In this document: one piece after another, positions 24,002 through 36,064 of the stretch
Position numbering within the stretch: the first letter of the stretch is position 1
Layout of the letters: each line of letters opens with the position of its first letter
Assembly (NCBI RefSeq): GCF_009834535.1
Contig: NC_045696.1
Location: 744,001-808,000, forward strand
DNA: 64,000 bases
From: Camelus ferus
Lineage: Eukaryota
Reading direction: 5' to 3'
Notes under the pieces: generated by a model
Databases searched by the model: none
The model's input: only the letters and a program-made list of their open reading frames with translations
What the model was told of the DNA's origin: nothing
Translations under genes and position numbers: made by a program

Positions 24002-26859
24002 CTGCGGGGGCAGGAGGGACACGAGAGCTAAGAAGGTTATTGTCATCGAGTGTAAGTCACACCAAATCAAACACGCGTAACAGAACTCTGCACAGGTAGA
24101 TAGGAGGGGCCATGCGACACATGGCGGACGCAGCAGCACTCAAGGACTTGGCCTGGGGTGACCAATGGGCTGTGGGCGGTGGGCGCACCGGGTCCCTTCC
24201 TCCCCTCGGCTGCCTGGCAGCTCCCGCCCAAACCAGCCCCTCTCCTGTGGCCAGGCTGTGAGGAGGCTGCCTGGCCTCGGGCTCTATGGGAGGGTCTGAG
24301 AGCCACAGAGCAGGACCGGCTGGGCCCCAAGCGCCTCGACGTCATGCTGTCACTCGCAGACTCAAGCCGCTCCCTCCTGCCAGCCCCGTGCAGGGCGCAG
24401 CCCCGGGCCGGGCCTGGACCGCTGCCTGGCCAGCCTGCCTCCCCCACAGGCCCCGGCTTTACCCAAGGGTGACTTGGAGGGGGCCACCCGCAGGGCTCGC
24501 AGCCCGTCCCCTGTGACCTCCGGGACGACAGAGGTGTGCTGTGAGAGCTGCCCCCTGGAGGGCGCAGGGCTCGTCTGGGACCTCCCTGCGCCTGTGCCCC
24601 TTCCTGCCTGTCCCCCACCCCCCAGACTTCGGTGGGGCTCTGAACTGCACTTTCCTTAGTTATTTTTATTCGAGCCTTATTTCTTAAATAAACACTAAAA
24701 ATAACAGAAGGTAATAGTGAATGTGGTGAGACTTGGCTGAACGCTGGAACCGCCCACCCTTGGAGACTCTGGGGCCGTGGTGTCCTCAGCAGAGCGGAAG
24801 GTGGGGTGGCACATTCCAGGACCGCACGCAACCCCCAGCCTCCCCCAGACGGAGACCAGCCCCCATGCGTCCCAGAGCAGGCTTTCAGCGCCCTGACTCT
24901 TGTCTGAAGGCGAGGATGGGGCCCCACGGAGCCCCACGGCTGGCGGGTGGGGCCCTCGGAGCATTGCAGGCGTCCCAGGTGAGACGAGGCTCTGACCAGT
25001 CACCACCCGGGTCCTGCCGTGCAGAATCCGTGTCGGGGAGGCACGAGCACTGGGCTGTCCCTGCACCTACACGGACGAGCCCTCGGGGGACAGAGGAGTG
25101 GGCTGCTGCTGGCCTGTGGCCGGCAGGCTCTCCTAATAATTTAAACACCAAATGCCCCTTCCCAGTCTGTGGAGGATCACCTCCGCCCCCCAAAGGCCCC
25201 TCCCTGTCCACTGCCCTGCAGGTGCAGCTGTGGGGACAGGGGCTGGTGGAGCCTTGTGGGCCGGCCCAGCCTCTTCCCGCTCCTGCAGGTCAGGGCCTTG
25301 GCGCGAGGCAGGTGGACGCAGCCCCGGGCTCGCCTTCCAGGCAGAAGCTCAGCTGCGGGAGCCGCTGGGAATCGGGTGGCTACTCCTGCAGCATCTGCCA
25401 CCACAGAGGGTCCCCTCCCTCCCTCCTCGGAAAGGGCGAGCTGTCTTGAAAGCGGCCCTCCCTCGATGCCCCTGGCACTTGGGTGGCCTGCCTGGGGAGG
25501 ACCAGCCACCTTCCAGGCTCAGCTGGCATGCCTGGAGGTTCTGAGGCAGGACATGGGGACCGTGGTCAGATTCAGCTCTGGGTGGGAGTCCCCAGCAAGA
25601 AGGGGCCGGGGGCTGACGGCACACCTGCTGCCCGGCAGGTCTGCCTGTGACCTTCCACCACCAGGCTCAGTGTGACCACAGCAGAAGGGCTCACCGGGAA
25701 ACACCCTCACGGGGACGAGAGGTGAGAGGTGGCCCATACCTGCTGTGCCTGCCGCGGGCGAGATGATCCTGTGGGAAAGAAGGGGCTGGGGGCCGGGGAC
25801 CCCGCCGCATGGCTCCTCTCCCCTGAACACACGCACAGCGAGCACGGAGACGAGGCTTAAGGGCTCCACTCCCGGGAGGGAGGAGGAAACCCCGTTTCTG
25901 GAGACAACAGGCGTCAAGTTGAAGAGCACAGACCAGCTCAGGGCAGGCGGGCTACCTGCTCTGACCGCCACTGGGTTCCACGCAGACCCGGCGCTGCTGC
26001 AGGCAGTGGGCCTGGCACGTGACCGGAGTCCTGGGGGCTCCAGCCCTTCACCCATGGCCAGGGCTGGGGGGAGCCTGGGGGTGGCCCTGTGGACAGTGGT
26101 ATCCGCCAGCACTGAAGGACCGAAGCAGCCCTGGCCTGGCTGCTCTCTGCTCCTGGTCTGCTCTTCCCCTGTCATGTGTTAGTGCGTCCGACAGCCGGGC
26201 TGGCATGGTCCCCAGGAGGGCAGGGCCCACTCCTGCCTGTCCCCGAGTCCCCAGGAGTGCACAGCTGTGCGCTGTTCGGGATGGCAGGGGAGAGTGGAAC
26301 TCTAGGGGTGGGAGAACCGGCCCGAGTCGGCCCCAGCACTGGCTGGCTTGGTGAAGACAGGCAGGTCTGGTCGCGTGGATCTGTACCCTCATCTGCGAGA
26401 CGGGGCTCCCTGTGAGTGAATGCAAGTTGTGTGGTGCTGTCCACGTTATTGGGGCAAATGAGCATCGTAAGCCAGCAGGGCTTCCCCACCCCACTGCCCC
26501 CGGCCTCCGCACCCTCCGATGCTCCTCTGGTCTGTCTGTCTCCCCCTCACTGTCAAACGGATGCGGAGCACATGGGGGTCCACTCCAGAGCCCGCCGGCC
26601 ACGCGTGTTACAGGCACAGCCAAGAACCCATGAGGTGGGCTCCGCTCAAACCCAGAAAGTCTGACACTGCAACTCTGACCTGTGCCACTGCAACGTGTCT
26701 GCTGCTGTTCAGGACACAGAGGCCACACCAGCAGATAAATCCCCTCAAAGGTAAACTGACATCCAGAAGACTGGACAGTGGTGCCTGGATACACGCCCAT
26801 CCGGCAAGTGGTGGTGAGCGGCCAGGGGAGCGCACGCGTCTGCCTAGGCTCTGCCCTGA

Positions 26860-26905
26860 ACTTGGCCTCTTTGGGACTCAATTTCTGCATTTTTTAAAAG
26901 GAGGG
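26860..26905 (-). mobile_element. MIR core remnant
   Basis: Minus strand ccttttaaaaaatgcagaaattgagtcccaaagaggccaagt resembles the MIR core. Confidence 0.45.
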
Positions 26906-27759
26906 AGCAGGACTAAGTGCTAAGGGGACTTTCCACTTTTTGAGATAATTCTGCCATAAAAAGAAGAGAAAATAAAATAAAATAAAATTAGACTTTCTCA
27001 TCTGACCAGCACCTACAAATCACTGGGCGGGAAGGGCGGGGAGGGCAGGGGTGGGGCCAGCAGGGGGGACCCTGTAGCAGACATTTCTCCATAACTTGCC
27101 TTTTCCATTTGACTTTGTGCCAGGATATGAAAACCGACAAACACGAAAATCCTAAGCACTCATAGCGGACAGCTCCGGAGCCGCCGCCAGGTGGGCGCGG
27201 CAAGCCGGCCAGCCCGGCGGTCTGACCCGAGTTCCTGTCTCCCCTCCCGCGAAGTGCCTGCCTGTGTCTTCTGCTCTTTTGCTCATCCTACTTTAGTTAC
27301 ATGTGCTTGAAAAGCACCCCCCCACACGGTGCCTTTAGAGAAAGAGACTTTAAGCATCTTAGTGGAGTCAAATCCATCAATGTTTTTATGGTTTGTGCTT
27401 ATGTTTTAAGAAAATTTCCTGGACCTGTGAACTGAAAGCTGTTCCATGTTTTCTTCCGACAGCGCAGACTTCCCTGTCCCGTGTGGAAGCTGCTGATGCA
27501 GGGGAGTGGCTTCCCACCTGACCACTCACCCCCTCGCACCACTCACGGCCAGCCCGTTTTTCTCCTTGACCCACGTCGGCAGCTCTGGCCCAGGCCAGGG
27601 GTCCTCCTCGACGTCTGGCCCCGTCTGGGGACGCCGGGACCAGACCACACGCCTCGAGAGCACGGCCCGTGGGCCCTCCATCTGCGAGGACATCTCCGTA
27701 CCATGCATCCTCTGTGTCAGCAGCTTGACGGGTCTCAGCTTCGTGCTGTCAGATAACAT

Positions 27760-29500
27760 TTAAAACCACCCATCAGGATTCTGACTGTAATTGTATTGCA
27801 TTTGTACCTCAATTTGGGAAGAACTGATATGGTTGAGATACTTGAATGTCCCATCCCTGAGTATCGCAGGTCTCTCCGTTTACTTTGGGCTTTTGGTCTC
27901 CTTAACCTTCAGTGAAGACAAGTTTGTTTGGTTTCAGGTCACCTTTTAACTGTTGATTTCAACTCAACTGCTTTGTAGTAAGTCTCGGCAATTCCAATTT
28001 TTGAAAGACGGTGAGTCTTCTCTCTGGCCTGGCACGCGATCAAGCTTTGCAAACGTTTTCACGACCTCCGCAGCCACGCTGGGGGGGGCCCAGTGCGCGG
28101 CGGTCGGACCAGGCTCCCCGACTGCCGTCGGCGCCTTCTGTGTGCTTGTCTTCTTGGCCTTGATTCAAAGAGGCGTGTTAAGCTTCCGCTAAAATGCCTG
28201 TCAGGTTCTCTTAATGGCTTGCTAATTTCTTCCTGAGAATGTTTGAAGTTATGTTTTACATGCATACAGATTCAAACTGTTTATCTTCTAGTGAATCAAT
28301 AAGCGATAACTAAGTAATTTGCCTTAAAGTCGTTTTTTCGCCACTGACGTTAACATCGGGGTATTAAGTTTCTTTGGGTTAGTATTTTCCTAGAATAATT
28401 TTCCTAGGTCCTTATTCTTTAGATGTGTCTCTTGAAAAAAGTTTTTTTTTAAATTTTTGTTTGCTTCTCTAAAAATGCTGTTTTAAAAAAATCCTGACAC
28501 CCTTTGTTTTTCAGCTGAAAAGTTCCTTCACCTTGACCCTAGTTACCCCACGTGCAGGCTAGTTTCCGTCATCTTATCCCACCTGTCCTGATTTCCCAGG
28601 GTCTCCTCCTTTCTCGCTCCTTTTCTTCTGTACTGACTAGTATCTGCTCCCTCTCACCCAGTTTCTCCTTGGTGCCTTCACGGGAGTTGCAGAAGTGAAC
28701 ACTCTCCTGGAGGTCGTCACTTTGAAGTTGTAACACGCACGGTTAGAGTCTTAGTTCGGCGCCTCTGCCCTCCTCCCGAAGCGTCCAGGGACCTCCAGGA
28801 CGCGTCAGCCCCTCAGCCACACCCGGTCCGGCCTGTGCTCGCTGGTGCCCGTGTGGTTCTGTCACGTTAAGTCCACAAACGAGACGGCACTGATTCTGAC
28901 TTTATGAAGTTTGTTTTCATTTACCCAAACGTTTAACCTTTAACGTAGTCAAAACCAGCAAGGTTTTCTTCACGACTTGTGCTTGTGTTGATGACAGAAA
29001 TGGTAATTCTCCCGGCTCACCCTTTTTCCTGCGTTTATAGCCCTTCTTCGGGGCTCCTTCTCCTACTGAAGGGGGCTCGTTAGAGGCTTGTTGGTCACAC
29101 ATGTTTGTCTGAAAACATCTGTATTTAGGCCTTTGGACTGGCCTCTTGAGGCAGAACTTCAGGTTGACAATTACTCTCTCGGCTTATGCCACCCCCTCCG
29201 GCTCCACCGCTGCTGGGAAGAAGCTGCCCCACTTTCTCACCGCGCTTCTTTGCGACGTTCTTTCTCTCTGGCCACTTGGAGGGTTTGCTTTTGTCTGAGG
29301 TGAAGTTTTGTTCCCCTTGTGTGGGATTTGCTAGGGTTCCGAATGAGAGGGGTTTTGTTTGCTGACTGACTCTGGGAAGTTCTCAGCGTTCACCTCTCAG
29401 GAGCTTCCCTCTCCATCCCGTCCCCTCTTCCCGGCTTCAGTGCACACCCGTCCTTCCTGCTCATCAGTGTTCTTAGACGTCCATGTGCAAACAGGTCACC
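27760..29500 (-). mobile_element. Very old antisense L1 (L1ME-like) fragments
   Basis: T-rich L1 antisense text (ggattctgactgtaattgtattgcatttgta..aatttgggaagaactgatat; tctgggaagttctcagc). Confidence 0.6.
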
Positions 29501-32500
29501 AGGGGCCTGTGAAAATGTGGGTTCTGATTCTGAGTGGGTGGGGCACAGCTCAGTGCAGCAGGAGAGGCTGCAGCCCATCCTGGCGTGAACCCGGGGTGGG
29601 GGGGATGGCGGAGCGGCTGCAGCAGCCCAGCTCTCAGCAGCAGGGGCTGAGGGCATGTGTCTGCCACTCTGAGCAGAAGCCAGAGGTGTGGGCGGTGGGT
29701 GGGGCGTGCGTGGAGATGCGGGTCACTCCGCGCTGCTCTCATGGTGAGATGTGCGGGGCAGCCCCAGCGCCACAGCCCGCGGGGCGGGATCTGAGAGGGG
29801 ACGCTCAGAGGTGGCGGGAGAGCGCTGTCATCATCAGGGGACGTTCGCTGCAGCGCCAGGACCGTGATCCACACAGTGTGCAGCCCTGCAGGCCCACTTT
29901 CTTCCAGGCTCCCCACCGGCTTACTCTCTCAGGAACAAGCTTCCTGGCAGGCGCGGGGCCCATCCATACCTGCTGAAATCCACGGTCCTGGGGAGGGACC
30001 GGCTGGGCCACTCCTGGCCCTGAGCGCGGGGCAGGGGCCTCTCGAAGCTCCCACCTCCTGGCACAACCTGCCGGCCGTGGCCCCGGGGCCAGGCTCCAGA
30101 GGAAGGCAGTGGCCGTCCTTGCTTCTTCTTGGGGCCCCTTCACATGGCGGGGGTGCCAATGAGGGTGGGATGGGGAACGCTGGAGGCTAGAGAGCAGAGC
30201 CACACACGGGGTATGCTTGAGGTTGACCACTGTCCCCCGGTGTGATCACGCTGCAGTGATCAGGGGACAGACAGGGGACGATGGACAGATGGTGGTCACC
30301 GCACTGGGTCTGTCCAGGCTCCCATGTTCCAAGTCGGGGCCGCAGCCTCCCCTCCTGGAGCTGAAACTACTCGTGACCCTTGGCAGGGGAGGAGGGAGGT
30401 GGGCAGCAAGACCCAGGCCCACTTCCCCAGCCACCAGCCGTCCCTGCACATCCCGCAGGCCCAAGAGCTAGGAGCTTCCAGAAGGAGTCCCATAAAACAA
30501 AGCCAGCGGCAGGGGAGACCAGGAGGCCCAGAGGGAAGCCAGCGAGGGTAGAGCCCTGAGCTCTCAGTAGGGGTAAACCAGGAAAGAGGAAGAAAGACGG
30601 GTATTTTAGTTCCACGTAAAGGGACGCTCAGCTCTGAGACGTGTTTTCTCGTGGTCTGTGCCTGACTCACGTGAGGCACTAGCTGTGAAACGGTGGTGGG
30701 TCAGCCACAGTGCTTGGAATATCTAGTGTGTGCTCCGTTATCTCATAAAATAAATTAGCTCTTTCTGTAATTATTCTATTAGGCTCTAAGAAATGAAGCT
30801 TTAAAAATTCCTACTGAAAATTAAGCTCAGATAAAACTGCCTTCCTGACCGTCGTCACCGGTCACCAGCCGTCTTATCTTGTTTTGAATGGATTCTCTTA
30901 GCGGTGTTCTAGTCTTCGACTCTGTCCTTGCAAGGAAGGCATTTATCAAAGTCCTGCTGTTCTGGTCCTAACACCTGCCCCCCAACATGCTGGTCTCGAG
31001 AACGCTGGGTCCTGCACGAAGGCCTTTCACGATAAATAACCAAGTGCTTCAAATCTCCACCAAATGCAATAAGGTAATCACAGGACAGTTAGTCACAAAA
31101 TAGTTTAAAATTCCCCCCCAAAATCTGCAACTACCCATTTTTTAAGAGGTACCAAGAAAATCACACGGAGAGAGCAAAACAACCGATCAATATAAAGACC
31201 AATCAGAGTCCCTTGGCCTCGCGAGGCCACGTGGTTCAGCCGAGGACACGCAGACCAGGAGGGCTTTGTGCCGGCAGCCGCAGGCGCTTGGCCGTGACAC
31301 TTAGGCCCTGGGCGGCAGGGAAGCACAGCTTCGCCCTCGGGCCGCAGGGCCGAGCCTGGACCTCAGAACCACGGGGCCAGGATGCTGAGTGTGCAGAGCG
31401 CCGAATCTGCCTTTGCACAGACGCATTTCCACAGGCAGAGACCGCCAGCCCGCGCTGAGTGAAGCCTGCCACCGGGAAACCCGCTCCCACCCAGATTTCC
31501 ATCATCCCCGCGGGGCGCCCAGCCAGCCCTACCTGCATTTCTGTGCTCACGCCGCCCGTCCCCCAGCTCCAGCACCTGTCCTCCCCTCGGTCCCTTTCCC
31601 TGGGCCCCAGCCACTGCCAGCCAGGACCACGAGGGCTGGCGTCACCCACGAGGGACCAGGGAGGTCCCTGAGCCCCCTCCTTGCCAGCTTTCTCTGTCAT
31701 TTGATCCATGTGTGTTGCTTAATGAGGTTTTTTGAAAGGAAAAACTCAGTATCTCTTTTCTACTCAGCACAAGTCTCCCTGCAGTGACAGTGACTGAAGC
31801 TCTGTATTTCCAACAGACACTCATTTCGTGTCAGTTAATTCTTAAAACCCTCCCCTCCCTGCCTTTACATCTTGGGCAACTGGCTCTTCACTGGCCCAAC
31901 TCAAAAACATGAGGGTTTGCAGAGCACGAGTGAGCATCGCCTGGCACCCCCCGCCCCGCCTGTCTGGACAGACCACCCAGGCCCCCAGGCTCACAGAGAG
32001 CCGACAGAAGGCCCCTCCTCACCGGCCCTCCCCTTGCTCGGCCTGCGGCAACAGCACAGAAGCCCGCCCCTACCTCTGCCTTCTCCCCCCCACCCCCCTG
32101 TACAGGCAGTGCAGACTCACTTCCCGCGCATCTGAAACCCTGAGCAAGGACCCGCCTGCCCCCGTTCTGCCCCGAGGGCTGCGCGGCGCCCTCCCCCGTG
32201 GCTCTCCCCGCAGGGCCCTCGGGACGTGTCCCACCTCCAGCCCCGACATTGCACTCAGACTGGAGCACCTAGAACAGGGCCTTGGGCTGCTCCACGGGCC
32301 TCCGACCGGCTGGCTGTCCGGCACGTGGGCACCCTGCTTCAGCCTGGGCTCCACAGGTGTTCAAGCGCCCTTCCCGACGGACCTCCGCCGATGGCGTGTC
32401 ACCTGACGGCTGCAGGTGCACGCGGCCTGCGCTGCCCCCACCCACTAGGACGGCCGCCACCCGAGGCCCCGCGGAGGATAAGCCCAGACTGCAGCCACCA

Positions 32501-32711
32501 TCAATTTGACATCAGGCCAAGTCCTCCACGTGAGGAGAATTAGTGCTAAGAGGCTGAAGGTTATTCAGGGCCGTGGGCACGACACAGGGCAGGAGCACCG
32601 AGAATGCTATTAATATTATGTCTAATATTAATATTAGGAGCAGTCGACAGCAGCATGCGGGTTGGGGGGAAACGGCACGAGAGGGGAGGCAAGGGCGGAG
32701 TGAGAACTCAC

Positions 32712-32753
32712 ATCTGGGTGGGGAATGGCGTACTGTCCCTGGATCGTGTAGGC
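32712..32753 (-). CDS. PCBP3: PCBP3 exon AYTIQGQYAIPHPD (linker)
   Basis: tttccag|GCC...GAT|gtgagt; 42 nt. Confidence 0.95.
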
Positions 32754-35700
32754 CTGGAAAGAGAGAGACTCCATCAGCTCGAGAAGCAGCTGGCCATGCG
32801 TCACCCCCCACATCTCCCCTGCAGGACAGGGGCTTTCTCCTGGCAGGGCTCTCCCATGAGCAGCCCCTCGGCCCTCCAGTCAAGGCTTTCCCCCTCGCAG
32901 AGCGAGCCGGCCCCACCGGCCGCCTTCCCACAGGAGGAGAGGGAACCCTCCCAGGGCACTGGAGCTACGCCCAGACGTGAGCCGGGAGCTGCCCCCACGC
33001 CCCCAGAGCTGCAGGACGCTGAGGCTGGCCGAGCTGGCGGGAGGGAGGAGAAGGACCAGGTCGGAAGGCTTCCGACTCTCACTCCCCCTGTGCCTAGAAA
33101 GAATCTAAGAACGACCTGTCTGACCCCTGCTCATAGATCTACTAACGGTTAACCTTTGGAAAATTTAAGCAGCCGTCAGAGGAAACACTGTCAGGAAGTA
33201 TTTACCCTAAGAAAACCACATGATAAAAAAGGAAGCTTTAAAAGGTGACCCCAAACCAATTTTGCAAATGCCAGATTAAGTAAGAAATGCACCCAAGTCA
33301 GCCAGACTGACTGCCTTCCAGCCTCAGAGGACCAGGTGGCCGTTCCAACTCGGGGGGCACATGCTCTCGGTTGAACAGCTCCCGGGGGGCCAGGGCAGAC
33401 CCCTAAGCTCTCGTTTTGGTATCACTGTCACTCGCCTTCAAGACAGTGACTCTGTGCAGCCACAGTGAGTGTGGGACCTGCAGCCTCTTCCACCACCCGC
33501 CCCCACCTGCCTAAACAGTCTGTCAGCAAAGATGCTTCCAGAAACTCATGGCCAAAAAACAAACAAAACACACGGAGTCAAGGGAGAGTAAAGACGAGGA
33601 CCTGCCATCAGGACCCAGGGACGTGGAAGGTGCTCCACTCTGGGCTGCGCTCAGGGGCTGCAGGTGTGGAGGGGCCCAGGTGCGGAGGCCCCCACCTGTC
33701 CCAGGTGGGCGTGTGACACCACCAGCACCCATGCCTGTGGGTCCTCGTGCACCCAAGAGGGACACCTCAGGCCAGGCTGTGCGCCACTCCCGTGGACCCC
33801 ACGGAGGGGGATTGCCGAGGTCCTGCCAAAGCTCAGGTTTTGAATCTGCTGGGAGTTTTCATCACAAAGAACCAGAGAGGAGCTAACGGCCAACCAGCCA
33901 CTGGACAGGGGTCACGGGAGGGGAGGCCCTGGTCTGGGCGAGGCCGAGGGCACCTCGTGAGGCGTAAAGGAACCTGATCAGAGGCAGCCAACGTGTGCGC
34001 GGGTCCCCGTCTCCAGGTGTTGTGCAGAGGCCGCCGGGCACAAGCTCCGGGCGTCCCGAGTGTGACAGACCGCGGGACAACACGCACTCCCCAACAGGGC
34101 AGTTCTTCATCCCTGACTTCTCTCTGTCCACTCAGGTGTTACGGTGCCTAGCTCTACTCGAAGCGCATGGGCGCCCGCCATCCTTTCTGGACAGAGTGCG
34201 GCAGGTACGAGGTTCTGTCTGGACGACACCTCTATGGCCTGAACCTGCTGGACAGCAGGGGCTGCCTCTCTGCAGCGGGGGTGCCGCTGGGCCCGGAGAC
34301 CCTGGGCCCTTGCATGATGGGCATCTTACAGACGGGTCCGGCAGATGCTCCAAGGTCTAGATTTCTCACGTGTCCTGCACGTGGGCAGTGAGGGCCTGGG
34401 GTCTGGAGGGGCCCTGTGCTGAGTTCGTATTCTGGCTCCTCTGCCCGGCTACCTGCAGTGCTGCGTGGTTCTCGAGTGACTCTATCCCCGACTAATGACC
34501 AAGACTTAGTCACTGGCTACACCAGACTGTCCCAAGGGTACAGGTGCTGATGTCCTGGCAAAGCCTCGGACAGGCGTCCAGGGTGGCTGTGACCTCACCG
34601 CCCTGACTGTGAGGTGGGCCGACTGCTCTGCTTTGCTGGCCGGGGCTGGGCTCGGCCACACAGCTTCCTGGACTCCGGCTAGTGCTGACTGAGGTGACTC
34701 CTTTCTGGATAAAGTCCACGCTTCCCCACATGGGGTTTGTTCGCTCATTGACCAAGGGGTAGAGACCACACAGGTGACTCACGTGCTAGCTAACCATGAA
34801 TTTGGGGGAAGGAAAAGGGTTCTGAATGGGGTGGGCCATCTGCAGCTGGCGAGGAAGCCGGAGGACCACGGACATGGGCTGCCTGGAGCCATGTGGCCGC
34901 ATGGGAGCCGCTGTGTCCCTCCCTGCGGGAAGCACCACCAACACAGCTACAGAGGCAGGAACACAGGCCTGACCCTCACTTCGTGTGGGGGCAACCGGGA
35001 GATCTGATGAGGTTCCTTTACGTGGTGAGGAAGTGCGTGGAGACAGTGCATTCACGCCCCTTCCCCTGCCCCAGTCACCCTGGGGCATCTCCGCCTTAAC
35101 TCTCCCTTGAACAAGACACACGGCGCAGCCGCGGGGACGCAGAGCTCCTCCTAGTACCACTGGCCTGGTGTTTTCAAAGTCCATCTACCGTGGCGACAGT
35201 GATCCTGCTGTGGGCAGGACAAGCTGAGCTGAGGACGTCCTGGCTGGTGCCCAAGGGCAGGAGATGGACCAGCCCCGCTATCCCCCTCTACTGGCCCTGC
35301 TAAGCCAACTGCTGGCCTTAGACAAACCTCTGTGACTCCGGGTTTTCTAGGCCCTTCCTGGTGGGAGAGAAAGGTCAGCGGCTCCAGCCAAAACAACAGG
35401 TGTGTGAAGCGGACGCCGCGGTTTGCTGGGCCTGCGTGGAGCGGGCCGGAGAAGGAGGGTCAGCCCTGTAACCGGGACGCCCAGCAGGGCCTCTTCTCCA
35501 TCCTCACGCACTCCTGGGGGTAAACTCGTTTGTGGGAAACTGGGAACGCGTGTTTCAGGGGAAATGGGACCCTGGATCTTACGGTCCCATGAGCCTCAAC
35601 CATGAGTCAGAGGTCACGGGGGCGCTCCTGGCCTCCTCCCTCCCCAGAAGCGCTAGTGGGCCAGAGTTGCGGTGCTGCCTGGGCTGACCGGCGTGAGCGC

Positions 35701-35989
35701 CGCCCAGAGTCCTCCTGGGCCAGGTCAGGGAGGAGATGTTTCCAGGCCCAGGCTCTGCGGGATGTCCGCCTTGGCCCTTTCCGTCTGCTGGACACTGCCC
35801 AGCGGCCTCCCCAGTGCGGCCCGTGTCCCCTGGGGCCTGGCTGTGGGCCAGGAGAGCTCTGCGTCCTGCGCGGGGCGGGGAGACGTGCACGTGAGGGGGA
35901 GAAAACCTGAGTGCACTAACGGGCAGCGGCGGGGGCTGCAGTAAAAGGCTGAGGTTGGCAGTGGAGGCCGCGAGCGGGTCGGCTCTTAC

Positions 35990-36064
35990 CTGACCACCTG
36001 CAAAAATGACAGGGGTGGAGGCGGGCTTTGGGCGGTAGGGAATGGTGGCACCTTTCGGTGGGGA
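35990..36064 (-). CDS. PCBP3: PCBP3 exon SPPKGATIPYRPKPASTPVIFAGGQ (KH2-KH3 linker)
   Basis: Branch-like CTAAT at about 36097-36101, long pyrimidine tract, cctag|TCC...CAG|gtaaga; 75 nt. Confidence 0.95.

Noticed and set aside
24002..24029. Upstream TAG 26 nt before the LTKL acceptor
   Set aside because: It lies only about 8 nt after the likely branch point (taac) and would frameshift; probably not used.
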